Assembly (NCBI GenBank): GCA_964014485.1 | Contig: CAXHAT010000162.1 | Location: 1 to 17,840, forward strand | Direction: 5' to 3' | DNA length: 17,840 bases | Source: an uncultured Deferribacteres bacterium | GTDB lineage: Bacteria; Zhuqueibacterota; Zhuqueibacteria; Zhuqueibacterales; Geothermadaptataceae | Shown: positions 9,000 through 16,597 of the stretch, piece by piece | How the letters are laid out: the number at the start of each line of letters is the position of its first letter | Numbering within the stretch: position 1 is the stretch's first letter | Made by a program: the position numbers and the translations under genes | The notes under the pieces: model-generated | Told to the model about the DNA's origin: nothing | The model's input: only the letters and a program-made list of their open reading frames with translations | Database searches by the model: none

Positions 9000-9180
9000 T
9001 TGCGTTAAACGAATTGCGTTCATTGCGATGTATACGTTTTTATTTGTGAACGGCAGGCGGTTGAACCTCAGTGAAAAGCAGGCCTACGTTCTCATGATGA
9101 AAACGACCAGCAGCGAGCTTGGGAAAACTGAAATCGCTGAAATATTGCGACAAAACACGCTAAGATTTGAAAATAAGTAG
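8996..9180 (+). pseudogene. doc: Doc/Fic-family toxin pseudogene (internal deletion of the N-terminal half and catalytic motif)
   Basis: Coupled ATG at 8996 is out of frame with KRIAFIAMYTFLFVNG...ELGKTEIAEILRQN* starting at 9007, the segment that follows HxFxDGN in Doc proteins. Confidence 0.82.
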
Positions 9181-9195
9181 GACAATATTTTAGCG

Positions 9196-9406
9196 TAACT
9201 GATGTTACGCGCGGCAACGCACATCCTGAGTCTTAAAGCAAATCTCGTCTCATTAGCGCCGGACTTCAGTCCGGTGACGCACAAAACGCCCATTTTTCTC
9301 TCTTCCGCCGCGCCAACGCGGCGGAAGAGATGAGCTAATGAAAATCAAAAGTTGTCCGCAGGCTTTTGATCGCACTTGCCAGACGATGCGTGCGAAACAT
9401 CAATTA
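9196..9406. mobile_element. MITE-like element A2 (211 bp), same termini as A1, different interior
   Basis: Left TAACTGATGTTACGC (9196-9210), right GCGAAACATCAATTA (9392-9406), 13/15 complementary; interior hairpins at 9259-9274 and 9299-9330. Confidence 0.65.
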
Positions 9407-9415
9407 GATAAAATG

Positions 9416-9450
9416 AAAAGCCGGTAAAACGCGACGTTTACCGGCTTTTT
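9416..9450. terminator. Bidirectional intrinsic terminator-like hairpin
   Basis: AAAAGCCGGTAAA / TTTACCGGCTTTT stem with A- and T-tracts, between convergent genes, just past the FlgD-tail stop codon. Confidence 0.75.
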
Positions 9451-9461
9451 GCTTTTGACGC

Positions 9462-9680
9462 CTACTTCATGAGTAAGAGCTTCTTCTGCGCGGTGAATTG
9501 CTGACCGACTTTGATCGTGTAGAGATAAAGTCCGCTGGCCGCGCGAGCGCCGGAATCGTCGCGCGCGTCCCAGGTCACTTTGTGCGCGCCGGGGGCGTAG
9601 TCGCCGGAAACCAGGGTGCGCACGAGCCGCCCCGCGCTGTTATAAATGTTCAGCGCAACGGTCATAAATAGAATTTGCAA
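9462..9680 (-). pseudogene. Orphan FlgD Ig-like / secretion C-terminal domain tail (copy 1)
   Basis: VALNIYNSAGRLVRTLVSGDYAPGAHKVTWDARDDSGARAASGLYLYTIKVGQQFTAQKKLLLMK* is a typical FlgD-Ig tail lacking the NYPNPFNP start; GGAGG RBS at 9686-9690. Confidence 0.85.
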
Positions 9681-9749
9681 TCATACCTCCATTTTTGTAT
9701 CATTTTATCAGCAATCGTCAAAACAGGAAAACGGCAAAGGGCTCGCAAA

Positions 9750-9950
9750 ATGATTGACCTTACAACATTAAAACCGCGATATGTCACGGACGAAACCGGC
9801 AAAAAAATCGAGGTCATTTTACCCATAAGAACATTTTTGCAGCTCATGGAAGATTTTCAGGATTTGACGGTTCGAGACAAAAGAAAAAACGAAAACTCCG
9901 TATCACACCAACAGCTTCTCGAAGAATTGAGAACCGATGGTCTCTTATGA
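9750..9950 (+). CDS. RelB-like antitoxin (66 aa)
   Basis: RYVTDETGKKIEVILPIRTFLQLMEDFQDL...VSHQQLLEELRTDGLL, small acidic protein overlapping a relE-like reading frame; probable start ATG 9750. Confidence 0.8.
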   Translation: MIDLTTLKPRYVTDETGKKIEVILPIRTFLQLMEDFQDLTVRDKRKNENSVSHQQLLEELRTDGLL

Positions 9951-10197
9951 ATTAAGATGGAAACGAAGTGCGGTAAAAGAGCTTAAAAAGATCCATCGTA
10001 GCAAAATCCCTCAGATACTGGCCGCTGTAGAAGCCCTCACAACCAACCGCCTGCCTCCCGGGGCTAAAAAACTCAGCGGCTCTGAAATCACATACAGAAT
10101 TCGAGTCGGCAATTAAAGGATCATTTATGATCTTCTTGACGATCAATTGATTGTCGAGATCATCAGAGTGCGTCATCGAAAGGATGCGTACTCCTGA
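9937..10197 (+). pseudogene. relE: RelE/ParE-family toxin with a premature stop
   Basis: MVSYELRWKRSAVKELKKI...PPGAKKLSGSEITYRIRVGN*RIIYDLLDDQLIVEIIRVRHRKDAYS*; TAA at 10114-10116 replaces the Tyr of the RVG(D/N)YR motif. Missed by the ORF track. Confidence 0.92.
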
Positions 10198-10287
10198 TTC
10201 GCTGCGCCGTACAGTGACGCATTGATTTTTTTGTGTTGCACTTTGATTGTGTCGGGGCGATTGATCTCTACTTGGCTGCGGAGATAA

Positions 10288-10318
10288 CGTACGGCGCACT
10301 TTCGAAGTGCGCCGCACG
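10288..10318. repeat. REP-like palindrome
   Basis: CGTACGGCGCACTT-TCG-AAGTGCGCCGCACG, 14-bp stem with one mismatch, just past the stop of FlgD-tail copy 2. Confidence 0.75.
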
Positions 10319-10328
10319 CCACAGGACA

Positions 10329-10501
10329 CTATTTCATCAGTAAGAGCTTCTTCTGCGCGGTGAATTGCGGCCAACCCGAATCGTGTACAGGTACAATCCG
10401 CTGGCCACGCGCGCGCCGGAATCGTCACGCGCGTCCCAGGCCACTTTGTGCGCGCCGGGGGCGCAGGTTTTTGCTGGCTTGGACGAAAAGTTGAAGTTCA
10501 T
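10329..10501 (-). pseudogene. Orphan FlgD Ig-like tail (copy 2), frameshifted and fused to a short N-terminal stub
   Basis: MNFNFSSKPAKTC-APGAHKVAWDARDDSGARVASGLYLYTIRVG-(1-nt deletion near 10368)-QFTAQKKLLLMK*; 10329-10463 is a diverged direct repeat of 9462-9597; GAGGA at 10514-10518. Confidence 0.82.
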
Positions 10502-10915
10502 GTCATAACGTCTTCCTCAAAAATTGAAACCTCGCGTTCACTCTCTCCATGAGCATTGAGAATTTCGATTGTCTGTGCGAGTTGCAAACAACTCTGTTTT
10601 TTTGAAGGCTCCGTACCTGGAAGGATCGCGATCCGTCAGTGGACCAGGGGCGAACCCATGAAGGTTCGAAAAGAATTGGGGTGAAATATAAAAGGAGGAG
10701 AAACAATTCTGAGATGCGGAAATTCGGATATCTGGTGAATTCGCCGCCTGCGCCCTTACTGCTTTCCCTGTCGCTCCAGCCAATCTGCCTAAATAACGCG
10801 CGCCTGCTCCCTCGGCGCGGTTGAAAGATTTGATCGTTGCTAAAAGTTATCAACAAGCCTTATAAGTTGCGGGGAGTTTACATAAATTTGACAAGCCGGA
10901 AGCGCCAGGAGAAAA

Positions 10916-11572
10916 TTACGCCACTTTTTCTACAAAAATCATATCGCTCAATTCTGCGCTCAAAAAGCAATTTTCGCTGCCGACGTTAATTTGCAACGGC
11001 CCGTTGAACGGATCGCGTTCGACAATGGTGATGACGGTTTCGGGATAGAGATTGCGCGAGCCAAGATAACGCAGTTTTTCAGGATCGTCGTCGCTGACGC
11101 GGCGGATAATAACAGTCTCGCCGGAATCAATTTCCGAGAGTGCGGTGAGATCGCGTCGGGGGACTTTGCCGTCCTTGGTGGGGATGGGCGCGCCGTGGGG
11201 GTCATACTCCGGGCGACCCAAAGCTTCGTCCATTTTTTCTTCAAATTCTTCTGAAATGTGGTGCTCCAGTTTTTCAGCTTCCTCGTGGACTTTATCCCAG
11301 GTGTAACCCATCGCTTCCTTTAAGTAGGTTTCCAAAAGCCGATGATGCCGGATCGTTTCTAACGCTATTTTTTGACCCGCTTCGGTCAGACTTACGCCGC
11401 GATAGGGCGAATATTCGAGCAATTTCATTTCGGAGAGTTTCTTGATCATTCCGGTGACCGAAGCTTGCGCTACGTCCAATCTGGCGGCAATGGCTGAAGT
11501 GGAGACTTTTCCGCCTTCAACGCCGAGTTTATAGATTGCTTTTAAGTAATCCTCAATTGCCTGCGTTTGCAT
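10916..11572 (-). CDS. mntR: DtxR/MntR-family metal-dependent transcriptional regulator with C-terminal FeoA domain
   Basis: EDYLKAIY, SVTGMIKKL, RHHRLLETYL, VHEEAEKLEH, DPHGAPIP, FeoA-like LRYL...PFNGP. Confidence 0.93.
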   Translation of the reverse strand: MQTQAIEDYLKAIYKLGVEGGKVSTSAIAARLDVAQASVTGMIKKLSEMKLLEYSPYRGVSLTEAGQKIALETIRHHRLLETYLKEAMGYTWDKVHEEAEKLEHHISEEFEEKMDEALGRPEYDPHGAPIPTKDGKVPRRDLTALSEIDSGETVIIRRVSDDDPEKLRYLGSRNLYPETVITIVERDPFNGPLQINVGSENCFLSAELSDMIFVEKVA

Positions 11573-11592
11573 TTTTTATCCTTGCTAAATTA

Positions 11593-11614
11593 ATTTTTAG
11601 GCAAGCCAAAATAT
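11593..11614. promoter_or_regulatory. Putative DtxR/MntR autoregulatory operator
   Basis: Imperfect palindrome ATTTTTAGGC-AA-GCCAAAATAT about 20 nt upstream of the mntR start, similar to TTAGG-N-CCTAA boxes of this family. Confidence 0.55.
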
Positions 11615-11748
11615 AATCGGCGACTGTCATTATTGCAAGGCAATTTCTGAACATTGCCCGATGTTGAGCATTCGTCGTTTCGACGCAGGGCAAAAGCTGC
11701 GAGCAACTTTTTGTCGTCCCCGCTGTTCCAATCACCGCCATTGAATTT

Positions 11749-11776
11749 ATAGGGGTTCAAAATCTTGAACCCCGAC
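11749..11776. repeat. GTAG-type REP-like hairpin (degenerate)
   Basis: (ATA)GGGGTTCAA-AATC-TTGAACCCC(GAC); a weaker GGCAAT...ATTGCC hairpin lies at 11639-11658. Confidence 0.55.
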
Positions 11777-11873
11777 AATATGCGGCTTAACGTGATTGGG
11801 GTTTTTCGCATTTGTCTGTTGTTCATAAAGTTTGTATGCTCGGGCTGGATTCACCACCAACAAAAATAAGACG

Positions 11874-13388
11874 ATGATCAACTATCGAACACTTTTTGAA
11901 ATCAGCAAGCTGCTTGTAGCGGAGCAGGAAGTAGAGAAACTTTTGGCGCTGGCGATGGACAAGGTGATTGAAAGCGCGAAGGCGCAACGCGGCATGATTC
12001 TCGTCGCGGGCGAAAACGGCGAAATTCAATTTGAGACGGCGCGCAATTTCAAAAAGGAAGACCTCGTCACGCCGCAGTTCGAAATCAGCCGGACCATTAT
12101 CGACAAAGTGCTCGAAACAGGCGAGCCGGTGCTGTTGCAAAATGCGCTCGATCACGCCGATTTCAACAAAAGCCAAAGCATCACCCAGCTCAATATTTTG
12201 TCGGTTGCTTGCGTGCCGTTGATTGACGAAGCAACGCCGTTTGGAGCCATTTACATCGACAATCGAAAGCTAACCGCTGTTTTTAGCGAAGAGACAAAAG
12301 CGCTTTTGCTTGAGTTCACGGACCTCATTTCCGCAGCGGTTAAAAACGCGTTAGAGCAACGCCGGTTGTTAGAGCAACAAAGGAAACTGAGCGGCGAGAT
12401 TGCCGAAATCAAAGGCTTCGGAAAAATCATCGGCTCGAACAAGGCGCTGCGTGATATTTTGCAACTTGTGGGCGAAGTCGCCGACACCAACGCGACGATT
12501 TTAATTTCCGGCGAAACCGGAACGGGCAAGGAGTTGATCGCCAGGGCGTTGCATCAGCAGAGCTTTCGGCGTGATCGAGAATTCGTCGCCTTGAATTGCG
12601 CGGCTTTGCCTGAGAGCTTGATCGAATCGGAACTTTTCGGGCATGAGAAAGGCGCGTTCACGGGCGCCGGCCAGCGCAAGATCGGATGGCTGGAAGCAGC
12701 ACACGGCGGCACGCTTTTCCTGGATGAAATCGGCGAATTGCCGCTGTTGATGCAAGTCAAGTTTTTGCGTTTTCTGCAAACCGGGGAATTCTCACGCGTC
12801 GGCTCGACAAAAGCGTTGAAATCGGACGCAAGAATTGTCGCGGCCACGAATCGCGATTTGGGGGAGATGGTTTCAGAGGGCGCCTTTCGTCAGGATTTGT
12901 ATTTTCGATTGAATATTCTGGAAATGAGAATGCCCCCATTGCGCGAACGGGGCGCGGACGTGGTGGAAATCGCCGAACACTTTTTAGCGCGCTATCGCAA
13001 ACAGTTTCGAAAAGAGAGCCTGCGGATCGGCGATCATGGGAGAGAATACTTGCTTCAATACGCTTTTCCGGGGAATGTGCGCGAGCTCGAAAACATGATT
13101 CAGCGCGCTATTTTGCTCGCGCGCGGCCACGAAATTAACCGCGCCGAATTGCAGCCCCTTCCCGGAGCGCCCGCTGCCTCTGAGTGGGATTTTACCAACA
13201 CGCGACAATTTAAAGAAGCGAAAGACGGATTGATAGAAAAGTTTGAAAAGATATTTTTGAAGAAACGTCTTGAAGAAACCTCTGGCAATATTTCAGCCGC
13301 CGCGCGCAATTCGGGCATGTACAAAGCGAATTTTATTCAGAAAATGAACCGTTACGGGATCAAGCGAAAGCAATTCTTGAAGGACTGA
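11874..13388 (+). CDS. Sigma-54-dependent transcriptional activator (GAF - AAA+ - Fis HTH)
   Basis: GAF N-terminus; GETGTGKE, ESELFGHEKGAFTGA, LFLDEIGE, RIVAATNRDL, FPGNVRELEN, GNISAAAR HTH. Probable start ATG 11874 (ORF track 11832). Confidence 0.95.
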   Translation: MINYRTLFEISKLLVAEQEVEKLLALAMDKVIESAKAQRGMILVAGENGEIQFETARNFKKEDLVTPQFEISRTIIDKVLETGEPVLLQNALDHADFNKSQSITQLNILSVACVPLIDEATPFGAIYIDNRKLTAVFSEETKALLLEFTDLISAAVKNALEQRRLLEQQRKLSGEIAEIKGFGKIIGSNKALRDILQLVGEVADTNATILISGETGTGKELIARALHQQSFRRDREFVALNCAALPESLIESELFGHEKGAFTGAGQRKIGWLEAAHGGTLFLDEIGELPLLMQVKFLRFLQTGEFSRVGSTKALKSDARIVAATNRDLGEMVSEGAFRQDLYFRLNILEMRMPPLRERGADVVEIAEHFLARYRKQFRKESLRIGDHGREYLLQYAFPGNVRELENMIQRAILLARGHEINRAELQPLPGAPAASEWDFTNTRQFKEAKDGLIEKFEKIFLKKRLEETSGNISAAARNSGMYKANFIQKMNRYGIKRKQFLKD

Positions 13389-13390
13389 CA

Positions 13391-14212
13391 GTGGAGTTTT
13401 TCAAAATCAATAATAAGAGCGTCGCATACAATATTTCCGGCAGCGGCGCTCCGGTGATTCTGGTGCACTGCTCCAGTGCTTCGCACAGGATGTGGCAAAG
13501 CTTAACCCGCGAGCTGGATTCAAAATTTTGCGTTTTTGCGCCGGATTTGTTGGGTTACGGCGCCTCGGACGGTTGGACAAACGGAGAGCCTTTCGATCCG
13601 TTTGCGGACATTGCGTTGATCATGCACTTGATCGATCTTGCTGACGGCCCTGTTCATTTGGTCGGCCACTCGTACGGCGGTGCCATAGCCTTGGAAGCGG
13701 CGAGATTAAAGTCGGAGCGTATCAAAAGCCTGACGCTAATTGAGCCGGTGGCTTTTCATTTACTTGCGATGGCGGGAAAAACCGATGAGGCGAACCAGGT
13801 GAAAGAAATCGCCGACAGGGTGATAGTGGCGACCGAACAAGGCGAGCTGGAGAAAGCGACGCGTATTTATATGAGCTTCTGGCTAGGGCGCGTACGCTGG
13901 GCGCTCACGCCGAAAAAAATCAAGAACAGCATTGGCGCAACCGTGAACAAGGTAGCGCTTGAATTTGGCGGGATGAAAACGGCGAACGTCGCTTTGGACG
14001 AATATCAAAAAATTTCAGCGCAGACCCTGCTGATCGCCGGTTCGCGCACGCGAAAACCTGCACGAACCTTGATCGACATTCTTTCTGAAACGCTGCCAAA
14101 TACTGAAATTAGCGTCATCGCAAAGGCCGGACACATGAGCCCGATAACGCATACGAAGCAGGTGAATGCGCTTATACAAGAACACTTCGACAGCCTGAAA
14201 CTTGATCGTTGA
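13391..14212 (+). CDS. Alpha/beta fold hydrolase
   Basis: PVILVH, APDLLGYG, nucleophile elbow GHSYGG, AGHMSP catalytic His; 2 nt after the activator stop. Confidence 0.93.
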   Translation: MEFFKINNKSVAYNISGSGAPVILVHCSSASHRMWQSLTRELDSKFCVFAPDLLGYGASDGWTNGEPFDPFADIALIMHLIDLADGPVHLVGHSYGGAIALEAARLKSERIKSLTLIEPVAFHLLAMAGKTDEANQVKEIADRVIVATEQGELEKATRIYMSFWLGRVRWALTPKKIKNSIGATVNKVALEFGGMKTANVALDEYQKISAQTLLIAGSRTRKPARTLIDILSETLPNTEISVIAKAGHMSPITHTKQVNALIQEHFDSLKLDR

Positions 14213-14273
14213 AAAAAAGAGCGGGTTTGGCTACTTTAAAAAAAATCACTCTGAACAATTTGGAGTTGCTGAA

Positions 14274-14570
14274 ATGGAAAAAATTCTTGAAGAGCCTTTG
14301 AAGCAAGTTGCCGTCAACGACTTCAAACAGCTTTTGGATGCTCTGGCGGATGAAATGATTAAAAAAGAAAATGCTTCGGTCCTGCTTAAAAAAGAGGGAG
14401 ATCAAGTTTTTGTGTATTATCCTGGCGGGTATAGCGCACAAGCGGAAGAAATACTGAAAGCGTCCGAGACGGATTATGAAAACAAAAAACGAAGCGGATA
14501 TTCTCGAGAACAAGCTTTCAACGATTTTTGGCAAGCTCAACGAGAAATTAGTCAAAAAGTCGAGATATAA
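14274..14570 (+). CDS. Putative antitoxin (divergent Phd/YefM-like), 98 aa
   Basis: GGAG RBS before ATG 14274; VAVNDFKQLLDALADEM...SVLLKKEGDQVFVYY resembles the Phd beta-alpha-alpha-beta-beta pattern; 8 nt upstream of a PIN gene. Confidence 0.6.
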   Translation: MEKILEEPLKQVAVNDFKQLLDALADEMIKKENASVLLKKEGDQVFVYYPGGYSAQAEEILKASETDYENKKRSGYSREQAFNDFWQAQREISQKVEI

Positions 14571-14578
14571 ACGCTGCG

Positions 14579-15034
14579 ATGAGACTACAGGCGGTTCCTG
14601 ATACGAATGTGGTTATTGCCAGACAAAACGCCGGTGAGGGCAGCCCGAACAAGGAGTTTTTTGAGCGCTGGGAAAGAGATGAATTTTCGCTTTTGTATTC
14701 GGATGATACGTTGCTCGAATATATCGAGAAATTATTGGAGTGGAAGGTTTCCCGAGAACGAATCGTTCAATTGATGACTGCGATTCGACGACTGGGCGTT
14801 TATGTTCAGATTCAATTCTATCACCTGGACAAATATCCGAACGACAAAGACGATATTCCCTTCCTGCTGTGTGCAGCAAATGGCGGCGCCAGCCATTTGG
14901 TGAGCTATGACCGCCATCTTTTGGTGCTGAACAACGTTTACGAATTCAAAATTTGTCCAACGTTGGAATTTTTGTTTGAATTGCGTCAAACTCAAAAGAA
15001 AGACCGCGAAAATGATTCGGGCAGGTCTAATTAA
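14579..15034 (+). CDS. PIN-domain putative TA toxin (PIN_3-like)
   Basis: AVPDTNVVIA, S..TLLEY, DKDDIPFLLCAANGGASHLVSYDRHLL; acidic active-site residues present. Confidence 0.9.
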   Translation: MRLQAVPDTNVVIARQNAGEGSPNKEFFERWERDEFSLLYSDDTLLEYIEKLLEWKVSRERIVQLMTAIRRLGVYVQIQFYHLDKYPNDKDDIPFLLCAANGGASHLVSYDRHLLVLNNVYEFKICPTLEFLFELRQTQKKDRENDSGRSN

Positions 15035-15045
15035 GTCGCCTGCGC

Positions 15046-16050
15046 CTATTTGGGGTCTCCATAGTTCTGCTTATAAAATTCCAGATATTCGCCGCTCTTC
15101 AATTTTTCCCACCACCACTTGTTTTCCACGTACCAATTGATGGTTTTTTCCATCGCGTCTTCGAAAGAGTAGTTGGGCGTCCAGCCGAGTCGGTTTATTT
15201 TTTCGCAATTGACCGAGTAGCGACGGTCGTGTCCGAGACGGTCTTTGACGTAAGTTTTCAGACTCTCCGGCTTGTCAAGAGTCTTCAGAATAATGTTGGT
15301 AATGTCGATGTTCGTGCGCTCGTTGCCGCCGCCGATGTTGTAAACCTCACCAAGTTCGCCGTTCTGATGCACGAAGTCAACGGCGTCGCAGTGATCGTCG
15401 ACGTAAATCCAGTCGCGGACGTTCAGGCCGTCGCCATAGATGGGCAGCGATTTGTCTTGCAGAGCATTTGTGACGAAAAGAGGGATGAGCTTCTCGGGAA
15501 ACTGGTAAGGGCCGTAGTTGTTCGAGCAGCGTGTGATGATGACGGGAACGTCGTAAGTGACGAGGTATGAAAAAGCAAGACGGTCAGCCCCTGCTTTTGA
15601 CGCACTGTACGGGCTGGACGGCATGAGCGGGTCGGTTTCGACGAAAGAGCCGTTTTCTATGCTGCCGTAGACTTCGTCCGTGCTAATCTGAACAAATCGC
15701 TCAACGCCGTGTTTGCGCGCCGCTTCCAACAGAACAAATGTGCCGAAGACATCGGTTTTGATAAAATCATCCGGGGAGCCGATGGAGCGATCGACGTGAC
15801 TTTCCGCCGCAAAATTGATGATCGCGTCCACTTCTTGCACGAGTTCGTCAACAATTTTTTCATCGCAAATGTCGCCTTTGATGAACCGGTACCGGGGATT
15901 GTCGTCCAGGTCTTTAAGATTGTCAAGGTTGCCGGCGTAGGTCAGCTTGTCGAGGTTGAGAACAACGACGTCATCGTACTTGTTCAGAATATAACGGATA
16001 TAATTACTGCCGATAAATCCTGCGCCGCCGGTGACCAGATATTTTTTCAT
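15046..16050 (-). CDS. rfbB: dTDP-glucose 4,6-dehydratase
   Basis: MKKYLVTGGAGFIGSN, DKLTYAGN, AAESHVDRSI, STDEVYG, YSASK, NNYGPYQFPEKLIP, GHDRRY; start ATG 16050. Confidence 0.97.
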   Translation of the reverse strand: MKKYLVTGGAGFIGSNYIRYILNKYDDVVVLNLDKLTYAGNLDNLKDLDDNPRYRFIKGDICDEKIVDELVQEVDAIINFAAESHVDRSIGSPDDFIKTDVFGTFVLLEAARKHGVERFVQISTDEVYGSIENGSFVETDPLMPSSPYSASKAGADRLAFSYLVTYDVPVIITRCSNNYGPYQFPEKLIPLFVTNALQDKSLPIYGDGLNVRDWIYVDDHCDAVDFVHQNGELGEVYNIGGGNERTNIDITNIILKTLDKPESLKTYVKDRLGHDRRYSVNCEKINRLGWTPNYSFEDAMEKTINWYVENKWWWEKLKSGEYLEFYKQNYGDPK

Positions 16051-16109
16051 GCTTGAGAACTCCTGTGCAAAGCTTTTGCGTTCCTGTTTTTTCAAATAGG
16101 GAAACTCAC

Positions 16110-16304
16110 TATCTGACACTTTTTGTCCAGACTTCTCAAGCTAACAAAAAAGGCTGGAATTGTCATGCTGGAAGCATCTTTTTAAATCTAACCCTTGAAC
16201 TTTTGAGCGTAATCCGTACTGGACGATAACATAGATTCCTTCAGAATGACAAAACGAGACCTTATCATCGGCTCGAAAATGCAGTTCATAAAAAGTGTCA
16301 GGTA
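16110..16304. mobile_element. MITE-like element B1 (195 bp)
   Basis: TATCTGACACTTTTT ... AAAAAGTGTCAGGTA termini (14/15); internal TTGTCATGCTGGAAG...CCTTCAGAATGACAA inverted repeat. Confidence 0.78.
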
Positions 16305-16402
16305 GAGAGATGGGGAAAATAGAGACTGCGATTCAAAAAGGCAATTTTTTTACTTTACCCGAAATACACGCCTGTTGCGGTTTGCGTTCACGGAAATTTC
16401 AT

Positions 16403-16597
16403 TACCTGACACTTTTTGTATAGCCTTCCAAGACTGGCGAAAAAGACCGGAATTGTCATGCTGAAAGCATCTTTTTTAATCCAACCCTTGAACTTTTGAG
16501 CATGATCTGTACTGGGCGATAACAAAGATTCCTTCAGAATGACAAAACTGGACCTTTCAACGGCTCGAGAAGGCGGTTTACAAAAAAGTGTCAGGTA
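16403..16597. mobile_element. MITE-like element B2 (195 bp), diverged direct copy of B1
   Basis: Perfect 15-bp TACCTGACACTTTTT ... AAAAAGTGTCAGGTA termini; colinear with B1 over its length, offset 293 bp. Confidence 0.8.

Noticed and set aside
8504..10320. Integron cassette array (attC sites between TA cassettes)
   Set aside because: The TAAC...GTTA ends do not fit RYYYAAC/GTTRRRY, the elements (211-240 bp) are longer than typical attC sites, genes alternate in orientation and no integrase is present.
9462..10463. DGR template/variable repeat pair
   Set aside because: Differences are mostly synonymous-position changes of mixed base types rather than adenine-specific, and no reverse transcriptase is present.
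10639..10824. Small + strand ORF near AAGGAGG (10692-10698)
   Set aside because: The nearest ATG is too far from the SD-like sequence and the peptide has no recognisable features.
16110..16597. CRISPR array or riboswitch tandem
   Set aside because: Only two ~195-bp units with terminal inverted repeats; no short repeat-spacer periodicity, no cas genes and no recognisable aptamer motif.
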